This document shows, in pieces, positions 53,720 through 64,000 of a stretch of DNA of 64,000 nucleotides. Source of the stretch: Octopus vulgaris (lineage: Eukaryota). The stretch lies in contig OX597832.1 in NCBI GenBank assembly GCA_951406725.2, positions 59,024,001 to 59,088,000 of the forward strand, given 5' to 3'. Position numbers and translations under genes: made by a program. The notes beneath the pieces are model-generated. The model ran no database searches, was not told where the DNA came from, and saw only the letters and a list, made by a program, of their open reading frames with translations. The stretch's first letter is position 1, and each line of letters begins with the position of its first letter.

Positions 53720-53883
53720 AACAACAACAGTAATAATAAAATAATGGTTAATAACAAAAATAATAATAATAATAATTATAATAATAATAATAATGACAAA
53801 GCAGTATTAATAATGAAGAGGAATCGGCAATGATGAAAAAAATTATATAAAATATGTTTATTCCCAAGAAAAAGCAAGTAGAC

Positions 53884-53960
<77 letters not shown>

Positions 53961-53968
53961 TAATAATA

Positions 53969-54021
<53 letters not shown>

Positions 54022-54023
54022 AA

Positions 54024-54083
<60 letters not shown>

Positions 54084-54100
54084 CAATAATAATAATAATA
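53720..54100. repeat. (AAT)n/(GAT)n array
   Basis: Trinucleotide runs. Confidence 0.95.
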
Positions 54101-54444
54101 GAATATATATCTTCATGTGAACTCACTTTGGCCTCAATTTCGGCAGAGAAACAGAAAGAGAAGCAGCAGCTGGAGGAGGAGGAAGAATGGTTGATAATAT
54201 TGACTGATTAAACGCTATTGGACACGAGAGTTTTGTTTGAGTAATTGTATATGACCATCAGGCCAACACTTGTCAATCATATAGATTGGCACACAGCATG
54301 CTGCAGTTTGCTCATTGTCCAAACGCTCACGGAGGATGAACTGGATTATTGAAGCTACTTTCGCTTTCGTTTTTGTCCAGCCACCCTTATTCAGTTCATG
54401 CTTGCCTCTCTTCACCACCCTAATCACATCGAATGATAACACAT

Positions 54445-54930
54445 TCTTTCGTTTAATACATATTCTCTCTTTTCTATTTTCCTAATTTTTCTTCCACTCA
54501 TTTTCTTTCTCTCCCACTCTCACTCCCTCTCTCTTTCTCTCTCTTTCATACACAATTACTTTTATTTCATTTCTCTCTTCCATTCAACTCTCTTTCTTCT
54601 ACTCTTTCCTGCATTTCACTCATTCTGTCTCCTTTTTCTTTCCACTCCTTCTCTCCCTCTTTCATTCCTTCCATTTTATCTTACCTTTTCTTCCAACTGT
54701 TCTAATTCTGTCCATATTTATCTCTCCTTTTCACCCTAATCACATCCCAATAACACAGAATTTCATATACACGTATACCTTTCCTTCAGTTTACCTAACT
54801 CTCTTCTCCCACCTTCTTCCCTCTCCCCCTCTCTCTCCGTCCTTCCATCATTCCTTTCAGATCCCAATACCCCTTAATCTTGCCATGAACACATGCACAA
54901 TTTTAATTTTCTTTTCTCTGTTCTCTTTCA

Positions 54931-55008
<78 letters not shown>

Positions 55009-55187
55009 CTATAGTTTTCAATCGGTGCTGTCATATTTCTGTTCCATGTTCTGTTACTCTGCCTCTCTGTCTCTCTCACTCTCCTTTTTCACTCTCTCTC
55101 CTTTTTCACTCTCTCTCCTTTTTCACTCTCTCTCCTTTTACACTCTCTCTTCTTTTTCACTCTCTCTCTCCTCTTTCTCTCTCCTCT

Positions 55188-55235
<48 letters not shown>
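54445..55235. repeat. Polypyrimidine/(CT)n tract with TTTTTCACTCTCTCTCC minisatellite
   Basis: CT-rich plus strand; ~17-bp unit repeated at 55075-55195. Confidence 0.9.
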
Positions 55236-55236
<1 letters not shown>

Positions 55237-56419
55237 CGGGATTCTATAGTGAAATCAACGAGACAAGTAAGTACCTCTCTTATCTGTTAGCGCCAGTCTT
55301 CAAGAAATCTTAATTGAAGTCTTCCGAGAAAGAGAAGATGAACAGTAAAGAATTGAACCCTTACTGAATATGACAGCTCCCACATAAACATTCATCGTTT
55401 TTACTTTTTTTGCTAAACTCAGAAAAACACAATATGTCTTCCATTTTCGTTTTTTTCTCGAAAAACATACGTTCACGCAAACAAGCAGGCAAGCGAAGAA
55501 CTCACATATTGAAGTTGCCGAACATAACAATAGAAATACGAAGACGTCCAGTGTCTGTAATAACCAGAGATGTACGCGTATACATATAATTACACAGTGA
55601 CACACACATAGACACGTTTAAATACACGCAGACACACGGTCTTACGCATAAAATACACACAGACACAAATATATAAAGAGACATACCACAGGACGCTGCA
55701 TAAATTCACACATTTAATATAGTCACTTTGTATTGTACCCACACATATATATATATATATACGTGTGTGTGTGTGTGTCTGTGTGTGTGTGCGTGTATGT
55801 ATTTATGCGTGTGTGTCTGTATATTAGTACGGAAACACGAAAACCATCTAGCTAGGTTTTGAAATTGGTGAGCTCTCTCTCTCTCTCTCATTCTCTCTCT
55901 CTCGTTCTCTCTCTCCAAATACACACCCTCACTGGCTCTCTCTCTCTCTCACACACACAAACACACACTCACACACACATGTATATGCTTGTGTGTATGT
56001 GTTCGAGTTTGTGCGCACATATTGAAATTCGTAAATTATAATTCGAAAATTCTGCGTCGCACCATTTTTCATAGCAAAGAATTATAGCGTGCCCCGTAAA
56101 GCAATGAATATATTTCTAAAGTCTGTAATATATGTATCTGTTTCTATGACAGCAGCGATGGACTTTTCCGTAAACGATGCCATATGAGTGCTCAGCTCTT
56201 GCTGAACGACCTGCGCCAATGATTTGTTTATTATGATCAAATGTTCGTGTCACACATTAGTTTATCTTCATCAAATCGACGCTACATGAACATGTACACA
56301 ATGTACCACGCGTACAGGATCGAAGTCATCGCAGAGCCGCGTGAGATGACGTCTTTTGCTTAAGAGCCCAACGAACCATCCGGTCTAGAAACTAAAACCA
56401 CGATCTCGCTATCAATAGG

Positions 56420-57397
56420 ACGTGTGGTGTGGGATTTGGCACAATCAAATAATTGCATTACTTTATTTTGAGGGCTCTGTGACATATGGATGCGTGACCT
56501 GGACACTAAAGAAAGCTGACCAGAAGAGAATTTAATGTATTCGAGATTTGGTGTTGGAGAAGACTTTTGCGGATTCCATGGACAGCGAGGCTCACCAATG
56601 GAGAAATTCTTAAGAAGATAGGGCCGAAAAAGGCGCTAGAACCTGGGATCACCAAGCGTAGATTGGCATATTTCGGACATATTATGCGGAGAAAATCCCT
56701 GGAGAAGGACATCATTTTCGGAATGGTCAGTGGCAAGAGAGGAAGAGGCCGACCAAGAACCCGCTGGCTTGACACCATCAGTAATGATACCGGAATGGAC
56801 ATGTCCAGTCTGAAGGAAGCTGTCCAGGATAGAACTGACTGGAGGACACTGATCCAACGAGTGATCGAGAGTCGACTTCGACTGAGCGGATAGAGAGAGA
56901 GAGTGACAGGTGATTCGTATCTGGACATGCTCGGCAACAAGATGATTCCTTACTTGAGCATTCACTTGGAAAGGGACGCCCTGTCTCGTTTCAGCGGACT
57001 GGGGCTCCGCCATATTATGCATTACGGGTTCATGATTTTCTGAATGAACATTTTCCAGGCAGATAGCTCAGGCATGGCGGGCCAATCGAATGGGCACCAC
57101 GTTCACCATATTTTACTCTCATTGACTTTTTCTTCTGGGGTTACATTATAATCCCTTGTGTATTCTGAAAGGATTCGTGACCAAGGACATCAGCTTCAAA
57201 GAAGTTTTGAAGCGTGTGAACAAATCAGCGGCAATGAAGAGCGATTTGAGAGGATTCATCACAATTTCAGATTCCCTGTGAACATTTGTTTAGAGCTACA
57301 TGGCCAACACTTTGAACATTTGTAATGGATTACCTAATTCATTGCTAATAAAGCATACGCGATATCTCCCTTGGTGCGTGGCTTTGTGGCCACCCTG
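56420..57397 (+). mobile_element. Tc1/mariner (DD41D/rosa-like) 3' half, interrupted by an RTE
   Basis: VWCGIWHNQII..YFEGSVT|GDSYLDML..GAPPYYALRVHDFLNEHFPGR*L..GGPIEWAPRSP..DFFFWGYI; terminus CACCCTG-TA at 57391-57399. Confidence 0.88.
56485..56902 (+). mobile_element. RTE/BovB-like LINE 3' end, 5'-truncated, with TSD
   Basis: YGCVTWTLKKADQKRI..FEIWCWRRLLRIPWTAR..RRLAYFGHIMRRKSLEKDIIFGMVSGKRGRGRPRTRWLD..RLRLSG*, (GA)n tail, GTGACA duplicated at 56479-56484 / 56903-56908. Confidence 0.93.
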
Positions 57398-57400
57398 TAC

Positions 57401-57480
<80 letters not shown>

Positions 57481-57489
57481 AATATATAT

Positions 57490-57548
57490 TAAATTGTTCC
57501 ACCTTTTGCGTTGTTGTCTTTTTTGTTTTTCTTGTTTGGATTAACTTT
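57490..57548 (+). mobile_element. Family P1 3' terminal fragment in (TA)n
   Basis: TTGTTCCAC..GCGTTGTTGTC..TGTTTGGATTAACT matches the reverse complement of 14636-14700. Confidence 0.6.
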
Positions 57549-58331
57549 ATATATAGATATATATACTTATATATATACATATATATACATATATATAATG
57601 CATATAAATATATATATATGCATATATATATACATATATATAATGCATACAAATATGTATATGCATATATACACACATACATATATATGTAAATATATTA
57701 TACGTACATACATACATATATATGTGTCTATATATATATACAAATATACATGCATGCATGCAAACAGATATATATATGTATTATGTATGTATGTATGTAT
57801 GCATGCATGTATGTATGTATATATGTATGTATATGTGTATATCGGGTTTAGTGACCGCAAATGTGGTTCCTTTGTTAGTTCAAGGTTACAACTGTTCAAA
57901 ACATGGCTGCTTAACGAAACACTAACATAAATATCAGTGCCCTTGCACAAGTCGTAATCGTTTTAATGGACCATTAACATAGTTTTGAAGTAAGTAACAG
58001 ATGATAAAATACAACAAAAGGCAGTAATCTAAGTGGCTTTGGCTTAAACATATTACCGACTTTGCCATCCACATAAAGTCAGCTTTCTTGACTTCCTTTA
58101 TTTTATATCTCTACCTCTAGAATTTAGATTTGCGAGTTAGCATTTGGTGACGTGTTTATGGGATAGCTATCTTGCGCATATTTCAAGCGTTCATGATAAA
58201 TACAGCCATAAAAAAAGGCAAAATCACGTTTTGGAAACTCATATCTATGTATATGCATAAATGCATGAATGTAAGTGTGGATGTATGAATGCATGTATTT
58301 ACGCATGCAAGTATATATACATCATACATAC

Positions 58332-58381
<50 letters not shown>

Positions 58382-58984
58382 TTCATATTTTGTTTCATAT
58401 ATATATATATATATAGCGAGAGAGAGAGAGAGAGAGAAAAAGAGAGAGAGGGAGACAGACAGACAGACGGACGGAGAGACAGACAGACAGAGAGGGCGAG
58501 GAGCATGGATAGGTATACGTATACATATAAGGTTGTCTGTGTATGCTTGTGCATGTGCGCTTGCTTCTAAATTAATGCGGTTAGGTGCATAAAAATCTAT
58601 TTTTCGTTTAATCCCAGGTCAGTTGTAAACGAGCTTTCATGTAAATTTAATATAATTAAACGTGTGACTGTGTATGTAGGTGTGTGTGTCTGTGGTGGGG
58701 GTAAGTATTTGAGGCGGTCTCTGTACCTGATAGTTTTTCTAAGTAACGTGCATCCCTTTGCCATACGACTACGCGGAGCCAATAATAAGGGGTTATGATA
58801 CGATTCTTTGTTTATGAGTGTTTCTTCTGTCTACTTTATTGTCCATTGTCTACTTCCCAGTGTCTACTTTTTTCGTAGGATGAGTTGTCTGGCCTTAATA
58901 TATATAAACAATATTAAATATTATAATTTTGTAAAGATAATTTTTGTTTTTTATAGTCTTTCACTCTTTCGCTTGTTTCTGTCA

Positions 58985-59159
58985 TTGTTTCTGTCATGAC
59001 TGCGGCCATGCTGGAGCACTGCCTTTAGGCGAGCAAATCAACCTCAGGGACTTATTCTTTGTAAGACTGGTACTTCTATCGGTCTCTTTTGCCGAAAAGC
59101 TAAGTTATGGGAACGTAAGCACACCGGCATCTGTTGTCAAGCGATGGTTGGTGCACAAA

Positions 59160-59232
<73 letters not shown>

Positions 59233-59405
59233 ACACAAACACACACGGATATATATATATATATATGACGTGTATCAAATATATATGACGTGTATCAAAT
59301 CCATTCACACGGCTTTGGTCGGACCGAGGTGCCACGCAGTGCGACTGAACCCGGAACCATGTGATCGGTAAGCAAGTTACTTACCACACAGCCACTCCTG
59401 CGCCT
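58985..59405 (-). mobile_element. SINE family A with internal (CA)n
   Basis: GACTGCGGCCATGCTGGAGCAC...GACTGAACCCGGAACCATGTG..GCCACTCCTGCGCCT. Confidence 0.88.
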
Positions 59406-59424
59406 ATATACTGGAGAGCATATC

Positions 59425-59810
59425 TTTTATGCTTTAATTGTTTCAGTGAGTGGACTGCGCCCATGCTGGGGCACCGATTTAAAGAGTTTTAGTCGAACAA
59501 ATTGACCCCAGTACTTGTTTTAAATTCTGGTAATTTTTCTATCGATTTCTTTACCGACAGCTAAGTTACAGGGTTGTAAACAATGAGACCAACACCCGTT
59601 GTCAAACAGAACTTACACACACACACACACACACACATACACACGCACACACACACACACACAAACACTTATATAAACGACGGGCTTCCAAATTCATTAA
59701 CAAGTCATTGGCTGGCGAATAACGGTAGTAAACGACATTTGTCCAAGTTACCACGCAGTGGAACTGAACCGAGACCAGGTGGCTGCAAAGCGAACTTTTT
59801 AAACTAACAC
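59425..59810 (-). mobile_element. SINE family A (older, tandem to previous)
   Basis: TTGTTTCAGTGAGTGGACTGCGCCCATGCTGGGGCACCG...CCACGCAGTGGAACTGAAC. Confidence 0.8.
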
Positions 59811-60109
59811 TAATATCTGCAGCTCCGTTTAATACCTTAATTCACTTCATGTACCTGTTAAGCATTCATCCCACACAGCGTCTGGGTTCATGTCCCTTTA
59901 ATACGAAGTACCAAATCTTTATTTTCTTTTTGTGTCTCCTTGACCTGATCGCTTCCACAACCTTCTCTCAGAAACACCTTTTTATCTGCTTGTTATCATC
60001 GTTCAGCACACTCGTGTATTTACAGCTAACAAATACCATTTAAATACACAAGTGAGCAAAATAAAAAGTAAAAAAGAGAAAAGTAAAATGTTCTCGTGTC
60101 ATACCGACT

Positions 60110-60332
60110 AATAAGGGCCGGTTTCTCGGCCTACTTGGTGTATAGAACCTCCACCTGGACGGGACACCAGTTCATCGCTGGGCTGCTCATTCTCGCCTGC
60201 TGAGTGGACTGGAGCAACGTGAAATGAAGTGTCTTGCTCAAGAACACAACGCATTGCCCGGTCCAAGAAACGAAACCGCAATCTTATGATCATTAACCCA
60301 GCACCCAAACCACTAAGCCACACGCCTCTACA
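60110..60332 (-). mobile_element. SINE with D-type head and V-like body
   Basis: Reverse complement GGCGTGTGGCTTAGTGG..TTGAGCAAGACACTT..GCGATGAACTGGTGTCCCGTCCAGG. Confidence 0.82.
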
Positions 60333-60399
60333 CAAGAGTGACGGACGTAGATTAAATGCTGAGTAGGAATATATATAGATATCCTAATTTATCAGCGGA

Positions 60400-61197
60400 C
60401 TAGCAGCATAGCCCGGCGTTGCCCGGGTATGTAAGAGCCCCTAGTAGGCAACGACTAATCCCAATCTAGTCCTTTCCCTCTAGGGAACGAAGGCGCATGT
60501 GTAGGTTGCAATGTCTTCTCTTCACTCCCAAATAACTATCAAACAGCTATCGATAATTCAACCCAACCAATTCCTACCAGGAAGAAATTACATTCGAGAC
60601 TTTACCCCCAACACCGCCACTTCTGCTAATAGCTGCTGCAGCCGCAAGTTATTCGAATACTTTGTTTGTTTACACTTTTTTTATAACTACCAACCCAAAC
60701 GTTTTACCTTAAATTTTTGACGTACCCTAAGGGTCCTCGGACGCTACTTGCAAACTCTTAGTTTATTATAAACCGCTTTTGTCGTGTGCATCAAAAAACC
60801 TTTTCCATTCGTTTGTTCAGTTAGGGTCACTTTTGACTTTTTCGTCAACATTGCTGCCCGCTTTTTTGCCGTTTTTGTACATTGTTATACATTTTGGGAT
60901 ACTACCCCACGTGTTCCGAGAGTTAAAAAGGTCGAGTTGTGTCCCCTGGACAGTCTGTAGAAAATGTGTTGCATATAAAAAGCTTAGATTCTCAACCCAT
61001 GTCGAATATATAGATTTTTTTTCAGAACTGGGAGAACTTTTCAAAATTTTCGCTGCGCTAGTTTTGAATTATGACATTGGGCTATGTGTGTGTCAAGTTT
61101 CATCAGAATCGGTTGAAAGCCGTGGTCAGGGTGAGGGTACAACCTGACAGACACACAGACACACAGACAGACAAACTGCCGTTTATATATAGAGAGA
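60400..61197 (-). mobile_element. Non-autonomous Helitron, long variant
   Basis: Minus strand A|TC start, first ~265 bp shared with the 32693 copy, hairpin CCCGGGCAACGCCGGG and CTAG|T end. Confidence 0.88.
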
Positions 61198-61359
61198 TAA
61201 AGCTCATTTCCAGAATAACTTAGCTGGACACAGTATCAAGCTTTGACTAAAATTTACTAACTCGTGGTGAAAAAAACAATGGGTAAAATTTTCATTAGGA
61301 ACATATAGACGTTTGTGCATGCATTCAAAAACCACATACATACATACATACATACAAAA

Positions 61360-61995
61360 TCTAAGCACCACAGTCCTGATACAATGATTTTGGATAAAGA
61401 AGAGAAACTGTGCGCAGTTCTGGAAATTAGCTGCCCAGCGGATGTTAACAAAAGCTGAAGATCAGTGAATAAGAGAATACATACTCTGAACTGTTGAGAA
61501 ATCTGCACATTAAAAATTCGGGTTTATACTGTAATATATGGGGTCTCTGGGCTATGTAACACACTGCCTAAATACCAATCTTGAGAAATTAGGCTTCTCA
61601 AAACAAGAAAGCAGAAAACTAATTCGAAGACAACAGGTCCAATCCATCACTGGAACTGTAAAAATCTGTAAAACTTTCCAAAGTTTATCATTTAAATATA
61701 TATGAGAATGTCTAGATATGCAACTATATGCATGAGAATACATACATACATACATACATACATACATACATACATACATACATACATGCATACATACATA
61801 CAAACATACATACATACATACATACATACATACATACATACATACATACATACATACATACATACATACATACATAAATACATACGAAAATACTCTGATT
61901 TTAATATTGTAATTCCAATGAAGGAAACTTGGGTCTAGTTTAGAAACCGGTTCTTTCTCTATTGGCAAGAAATCTTGAAATAAACTGAATAATGA
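61360..61995 (+). mobile_element. R4/Dong-like LINE: RLE endonuclease C-terminus + 3' UTR with (TACA)n
   Basis: HSPDTMILDKEEKLCAVLEISCPADVN (PD..E-x-S/K RLE motif) ..ENTYSELLRNL.. YVTHCLNTNLEKLGFSKQESRKLIRRQQVQSITGTVKICKTF. Confidence 0.82.
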
Positions 61996-62526
61996 CATAC
62001 ATAGTTTAGTCTGCCTGGAGCAAAGTATAGAACCTTGGGGAGGGAATGCAAATCCTTCATTCTTAAGCTACAAATAATCACGATATCAGGGACTATAAAC
62101 ATGTGCAAGACCTTCTTAAGATTTAAAGGGTGATGTTTAAATCTAGGTACTTTCCCTCACAACATTGCTACCAAGTCAGTGAGCGGTCAAAATAGATTCT
62201 AAATTAGACAAACAGAAGACATGCATACATACACACATGCATACATGCATACATGCATACGTACATACATACATAGATACATACAGTTATTAACAAGGGG
62301 TTATCAATCCAAGCAAAATGCTTCTTAAGTACTCTGTTAATACAGATATACGAGACTGACAAAAAGTGTTTCGATTGATATAGATCTCTAGATAATCCCA
62401 AGGCGAGAGTCGACTGGTGATTGTCTTCGACTTCGGATCTCGGCCTAGGATTATATACGAATCTATACCAATAAAAAAAAACATACTTGTTAGCCTGGTG
62501 TAGTTGTACATTTGTACACACTCACT

Positions 62527-62571
<45 letters not shown>

Positions 62572-62624
62572 ATATACACACACGCATAAACACACGCATA
62601 CACACACATATACATATACATATA

Positions 62625-62797
62625 TAACCAGTCGCCATGATTGACCGCTAATTCCACTAGTTATTTTATTCTCTTTCTGTTGAAGAGCGTAGGCTCGAAA
62701 CGTAAAAGACTTTCTCACCTTCCCGAGCGTCAAACTAATACACCTGTTTGTTGTTTACACACCTCACTTCGTCATTTGTTTCTCTGTAAACTTCAAC

Positions 62798-62800
<3 letters not shown>
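62625..62800 (+). mobile_element. Family P1-like pLTR fragment with hammerhead
   Basis: TCTTT-CTGtTGA-A-GAGC-GTAG-GCTC-GAAACGTA-AAAGA at 62672-62709. Confidence 0.72.
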
Positions 62801-62855
<55 letters not shown>

Positions 62856-63206
62856 CATATATATACATATATATATATATAAATATGAGTGTGTGTGTGT
62901 GTGTGTATACATATATATATATATATATGTATGTATATATACAAAGAGAGAGAGAGTGGGATGAAGACTAGTGTGAATTCAGAATGATGTAACTAACGAC
63001 TTGACAAGATGGCTGAACGTCAAATTTGATATATATTGTTCGAAAGAATATTTGTTCTGCTTTTGGTTTACATGACAACGGGTTTTTACAGAGATCGTAT
63101 TGACTCTTTATGTTTTTTTAACTATAATATATGAGTCTTAGGCCGTAACTAAACACACACGACATAAAAGAAATCACATCATACAGTATGTTTCTGTTTA
63201 GTAAGA

Positions 63207-63642
63207 AGGCGAAAGCGTGGCTAATGAATAAGACATTTGCTTCCCAGGCACATGGTTATGGGTTCAGTCTCATTGCGTGCCATGTTAGGAGTGTATTCTA
63301 CTATTGCCTTAGGTACACCAAACCTTGTGAGTGAACTTTGTAGATGGAAAGAAAACTCGTCGTATATGTGTGTGTGTGTGTGCATCTATGTGTATGTATG
63401 TTTTTATCTGTGTGTGTGTATGTGTGTATGTGCGTGGGTCTATGTGTGCATGTGTTTGGGTTTGTCTATTACAACCTTACACAACCGCTGTCAGTTTGTT
63501 TACGTCCCCGTTCCACAAGGGCAAACAGAATCGATAGAACATATGCCAGGCTTAAGAATAAGAAAATACTTCGCTTAATTCGTTGCTTCACAACCGTCAT
63601 GGCAGTGCCTCAGTATGGCCGGAGTCCAGTCACTGAAACAAG

Positions 63643-63647
<5 letters not shown>
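63207..63647 (+). mobile_element. SINE family A (old, full length)
   Basis: CACATGGTTATGGGTTCAGTC..(TG)n..CAGTATGGCCGGAGTCCAGTCACTGAAACAAGTG. Confidence 0.8.
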
Positions 63648-63726
<79 letters not shown>

Positions 63727-63734
63727 TCATATAT

Positions 63735-63820
63735 AGCGGTCGATTTGTTCGACTAAAAGCCTTCACGGCTGTACCCCAGCATGGCCACAGTCCAACGACT
63801 AATACAAGTGAAAACTAAGC
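63735..63820 (+). mobile_element. SINE family A 3' end
   Basis: GGTCGATTTGTTCGACTAAA..CCCCAGCATGGCCACAGTCCAACGACTAATACAAGTG. Confidence 0.7.
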
Positions 63821-64000
63821 AATAAAATATGCGCATGACTTTGTTTCTGTGTTTCCTACCTGCAATCCACAACGCTTGGTAACCGCTGATGGTTTCCTTA
63901 TGTCCCCGTAACTGAGTTTTTTGGCAACAAGGAGCGAGAAATCGAATGCTTGACTCCAAAAATAAATACTGGAGTGGATTTGTTCGATGACAAACTCTTC

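Noticed and set aside
59262-59300. 20-bp tandem duplication ATATATGACGTGTATCAAAT
   Set aside because: A local slippage or deletion scar inside a SINE; no further significance is evident.
61912-61960. CCAATGAAGG..AGAAACCGGTT hammerhead-like motif in the R4 3' UTR
   Set aside because: The core lacks CUGA and stem I is not formed.

Overview
This is AT-rich, microsatellite-saturated animal DNA. The SINE and repeat families look like those of octopus (coleoid cephalopod); that assignment is inferred from repeat recognition, not from a search. I found no credible host protein-coding gene: nearly all listed ORFs are translations of (TA)n, (CA)n, (TACA)n, (AAT)n or (GAT)n repeats. The window is a mosaic of at least five tRNA-headed SINE families (my labels A-E), a decayed Penelope-like element (RT + GIY-YIG + hammerhead), RTE, R4/Dong and HERO-type LINE ends, several Tc1/mariner remnants, a Tc2/pogo-like MITE, two non-autonomous Helitrons, and long palindromes sitting in (TA)n. 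The most notable signal is RNA structure: (1) a complete hammerhead catalytic core in a permuted, pseudoknotted strand order in the 3' UTR of a HERO-like LINE (52265-52376); (2) a tRNA-headed SINE with a Penelope-type minimal hammerhead in its tail, present in 3 copies; (3) several other Penelope-type hammerheads or relics; (4) a SINE flanked by a ~240-bp direct duplication. Element boundaries were read by eye and are approximate.
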